From: Amoebidium appalachense
Lineage: Eukaryota; Protista; Ichthyosporea
DNA length: 64,000 nucleotides
Direction of reading: 5' to 3'
NCBI GenBank assembly: GCA_963693365.1
Contig: CAVNZM010000013.1
Coordinates: forward strand, 1,389,817-1,453,816
The notes under the pieces are model-generated. The model was not told the DNA's origin, did no database searches, and was given only the letters and a program-made list of their open reading frames with translations. Positions 60,805 to 64,000 of this stretch are shown here, one piece after another. The position numbers and the translations under genes were made by a program. Within the stretch, counting starts at the first letter, position 1; every line of letters begins with the position of its first letter.

Positions 60805-61751
60805 GGGGGGAGTAAAGCGAAAACACAAGAAAAAGATCGTCTGGCAGTGTTACCGAAATTATTGGGGAATTCGAAAATGGATGGAGGCCCTAGGCTGTGT
60901 ACAATAGGTTTTGTGCTCTTTGTGGGTAGTGGGAAAAGGGCAGATAATTGTGCGCATATTCAGGGAGCATGTGAGGGGAACGGAGGACTTATTTCCCTCT
61001 ATCATAGTAAACGAATTACTTCCACTTTCAGTTCACTTTCACATTTCACTCCAAATTCATGTCCTCTGATCTTTGAAAACTGTTTTAAATTGGCTCCATC
61101 AATAGACCAAAGGCCTTTTCTGACATGATGCTCTATGCCCATCAGATTGTCACCCCCAATGCCACCATCGTGCACGTTTCCCCGGACGGTGTTTTCCCCG
61201 TCAACGGAACCGAAGTAGGAAAGGAGGCAATCACGAATTCCTCCGATCTCTACTGGGCTCTGCGCGGTGGCGGAGGCCCCACCTTCGGTGTTCTTCTCGA
61301 GATGACTTACCAGACCCACCCTGCCCCCAAGACAATTGTCGAGCTTAAATTTGCTCTCCCGTACTTTGCCGACATTGCCAAGAGCACGATGAAGAGGTAT
61401 TTCCTCAACGGGACTTGGCTCGGTGAGCTAAATGAGGGCTTCGGCACGTGGATTCAGTGTCTCCCCGGAAGCGCGTGCAACGTCATTATGAACTATGCCG
61501 GTGGGTACCTCTCCCGTAACACCTTTTTTTTTCCCTCTTGTTTTTTTCCCACGTCACATGGTGTGCAAAATGCCCTTGAATCCCGTAGGAACTGTTTATC
61601 GTAGGACTGCTGAAAAGACTTAGTTATAGCTGCACTACCGTTGGTTCATCCACTTTACTTTTGCATGAACCTTTCTCCTTTTTACCCCCCCCCTCCCTCC
61701 CCCCTCTCTCCTCCCCCCTCCCCCCTCCCCCCCCCCCCCCCCCCCCCCCCC

Positions 61752-61794
<43 letters not shown>

Positions 61795-62272
61795 TCTGTC
61801 TCACCCACCTGCCCTCACACGTGTTTGTTTCCTAGCATTGGTGAGTTCAAGTCCACACTGAATGCCTCTCTCTACCCTGAGTTTTACGTAAACGCAGTAA
61901 TAGGCTAAATCCACACTAGACTGGTGCCCTCTACGTATGCCCTGGGCCGGATAAACTTATTGTCAAACACTCTACAAAAGAAATACTTTTCTGACCATAA
62001 ACCTCTTACAGGCGACGAAGACCCCAAGGAATTCCCCGAAATGAAGGAGATCATCGGCAAGCTCGAGGAAGGAAATGCTACCATCGACATTCAGACTTAT
62101 GAAAAATACGGGGATTTGATCCGGAGTACCGGTTGGGGTGGCACCACGTACCTTAGGTCCTACCTGTTCAACGGTCTATTTGAAACCGTTCCGGATGAGG
62201 CTCTTGATGCCCTCTTTGCCATGGTGGAGGACGAAGGGAGCCCCTTCATCTTCGCTGCCCACCTGTGCATGG
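59856..62272 (+). CDS. Secreted FAD-linked oxidoreductase, BBE-like (FAD_binding_4); exons 59856-60560, 61146-61500, 62012-62272, 3'-incomplete
   Basis: Signal peptide; P.TFEDVRKSVEFAKEHGLRVSVVSSGHDY (covalent-FAD His), VALAGITLGAGHGVLSRRYGFAVDN, SDLYWALRGGGGPTFGV; in-phase GT-AG introns. Confidence 0.9.
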
Positions 62273-62352
62273 GTATGTCCCCTTGCCTCCCGAACAAGCG
62301 TCAATACTTACACACACACACACACACACACACACAGAGAGAGAGAGACCTC

Positions 62353-62402
<50 letters not shown>

Positions 62403-62682
62403 GGGGGGGGGGGGGGAGGGAGACATACATGCACATGTCTGCCCACAGACAACATCCACACTGGCACATACAGACACCACACACACACACACATACATAC
62501 ATGCACACAATATGGGTTTATGTCAGCATTTTGCAGCATGGCTTTCAATTGGCTGTGCCTTTTACATCAAATGCACACCAGTATCATCACTATGACTATA
62601 GTATACCAGCTTCACTTCACATTCGAAATTATTTCGGTAATGTTTGCGGTCCCTCCCCCCTCCCCCCCCCCACCCCCACCCC

Positions 62683-62746
62683 CTTTTTGTGGGGGGAGGA
62701 GGTGGGGGGGGGGAGGAAACTCAAATAATGGCACACACCAGCTGCA

Positions 62747-62800
<54 letters not shown>

Positions 62801-62934
62801 ACGCACGCACGCACACACGGTCACGCGCGCACACACACACCACCACTGTCAGTACCACACTAAAACACAGGAAACAAAAAGAAAAATAGTTGGGTGTGTG
62901 GGTGGGTGGGTGTGCTTGTCGAATTGCGCGGGGG

Positions 62935-62970
<36 letters not shown>

Positions 62971-63111
62971 ACGAAACTCTGCTTCTGTGCCTCTGTCTGC
63001 CTTGAATTTGCTCACTCTTGCCCCCCCCCCCCCCCTTTTTGTGGGGGGAGGAGGAGGAGGGGGGGGGGGGGGGGGGGGAGGAAACTCAAATAATGGCACA
63101 CACCAGCTGCA

Positions 63112-63178
<67 letters not shown>

Positions 63179-63312
63179 CACACACGCACACACGGTCACG
63201 CGGTCACGCGCGCACACACACACCACCACTGTCAGTACCACACTAAAACACAGGAAACAAAAAGAAAAATAGTTGGGTGTGTGGGTGGGTGGGTGTGCTT
63301 GTCGATTTGCGC

Positions 63313-63343
<31 letters not shown>

Positions 63344-63390
63344 CGAAACTCTGCTTCTGTGCCTCTGTCTGCCTTGAATTTGCTCACTCT

Positions 63391-63421
<31 letters not shown>

Positions 63422-63487
63422 TTTTGTGGGGGGAGGAGGAGAGGGGGGGGGGGGAGGAAACTCAAATAATGGCACACACCAGCTGCA

Positions 63488-63541
<54 letters not shown>

Positions 63542-63683
63542 ACACGCACACACACACGCGCACACACGGTCACGCGGTCACGCGCGCACACACACACCAC
63601 CACTGTCAGTACCACACTAAAACACAGGAAACAAAAAGAAAAATAGTTGGGTGTGGGTGGGTGGGTGTGCTTGTCGATTTGCA

Positions 63684-63718
<35 letters not shown>

Positions 63719-63858
63719 ACGAAACTCTGCTTCTGTGCCTCTGTCTGCCTTGAATTTGCTCACTCTTGCCCCCCCCCCCCCCCCCTTTTTGTGGGGGGAG
63801 GAGGAGAGGGGGGGGGGGGGAGGAAACTCAAATAATGGCACACACCAGCTGCATGCCC

Positions 63859-63920
<62 letters not shown>

Positions 63921-64000
63921 CGGTCACGCGGTCACGCGCGCACACACACACCACCACTGTCAGTACCACACTAAAACACAGGAAACAAAAAGAAAAATAG
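62683..64000. repeat. Intronic tandem duplication, ~370-390 bp unit, about 3.5 copies
   Basis: ggaaactcaaataatggcacacaccagctgcatg recurs at ~62715, 63080, 63456, 63822. Confidence 0.95.

Overview
Eukaryotic, intron-rich window packed with (CA/TG)n, (GA)n and long poly-G/C tracts, so most listed ORFs are repeat artefacts. RPS26 has the animal-like 'VVRNRS' motif, which tentatively points to a unicellular holozoan (inference). Genes assembled by hand from GT-AG boundaries and frame continuity, on the minus strand: a secreted His-repeat/6-Cys defensin-like precursor interrupted by one in-frame TAG (2340-2882), RPL23A, an intronless DUF4286 gene, RPS26, XRCC3 (11 exons), an intronless LtaS-like membrane sulfatase-superfamily gene frameshifted in a G9 run, and a multi-exon UsgS/EI24-like membrane protein. 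On the plus strand: a secreted BBE-like FAD oxidoreductase that runs off the window. Also present are non-autonomous TIR elements with TSDs (one nested in another), a palindromic satellite and several tandem duplications. Most notable: (1) a beta/big-defensin-like peptide hidden behind a stop codon; (2) repeated duplication of exon-intron junctions in four genes; (3) an inverted copy of XRCC3's last exon inside its own intron.
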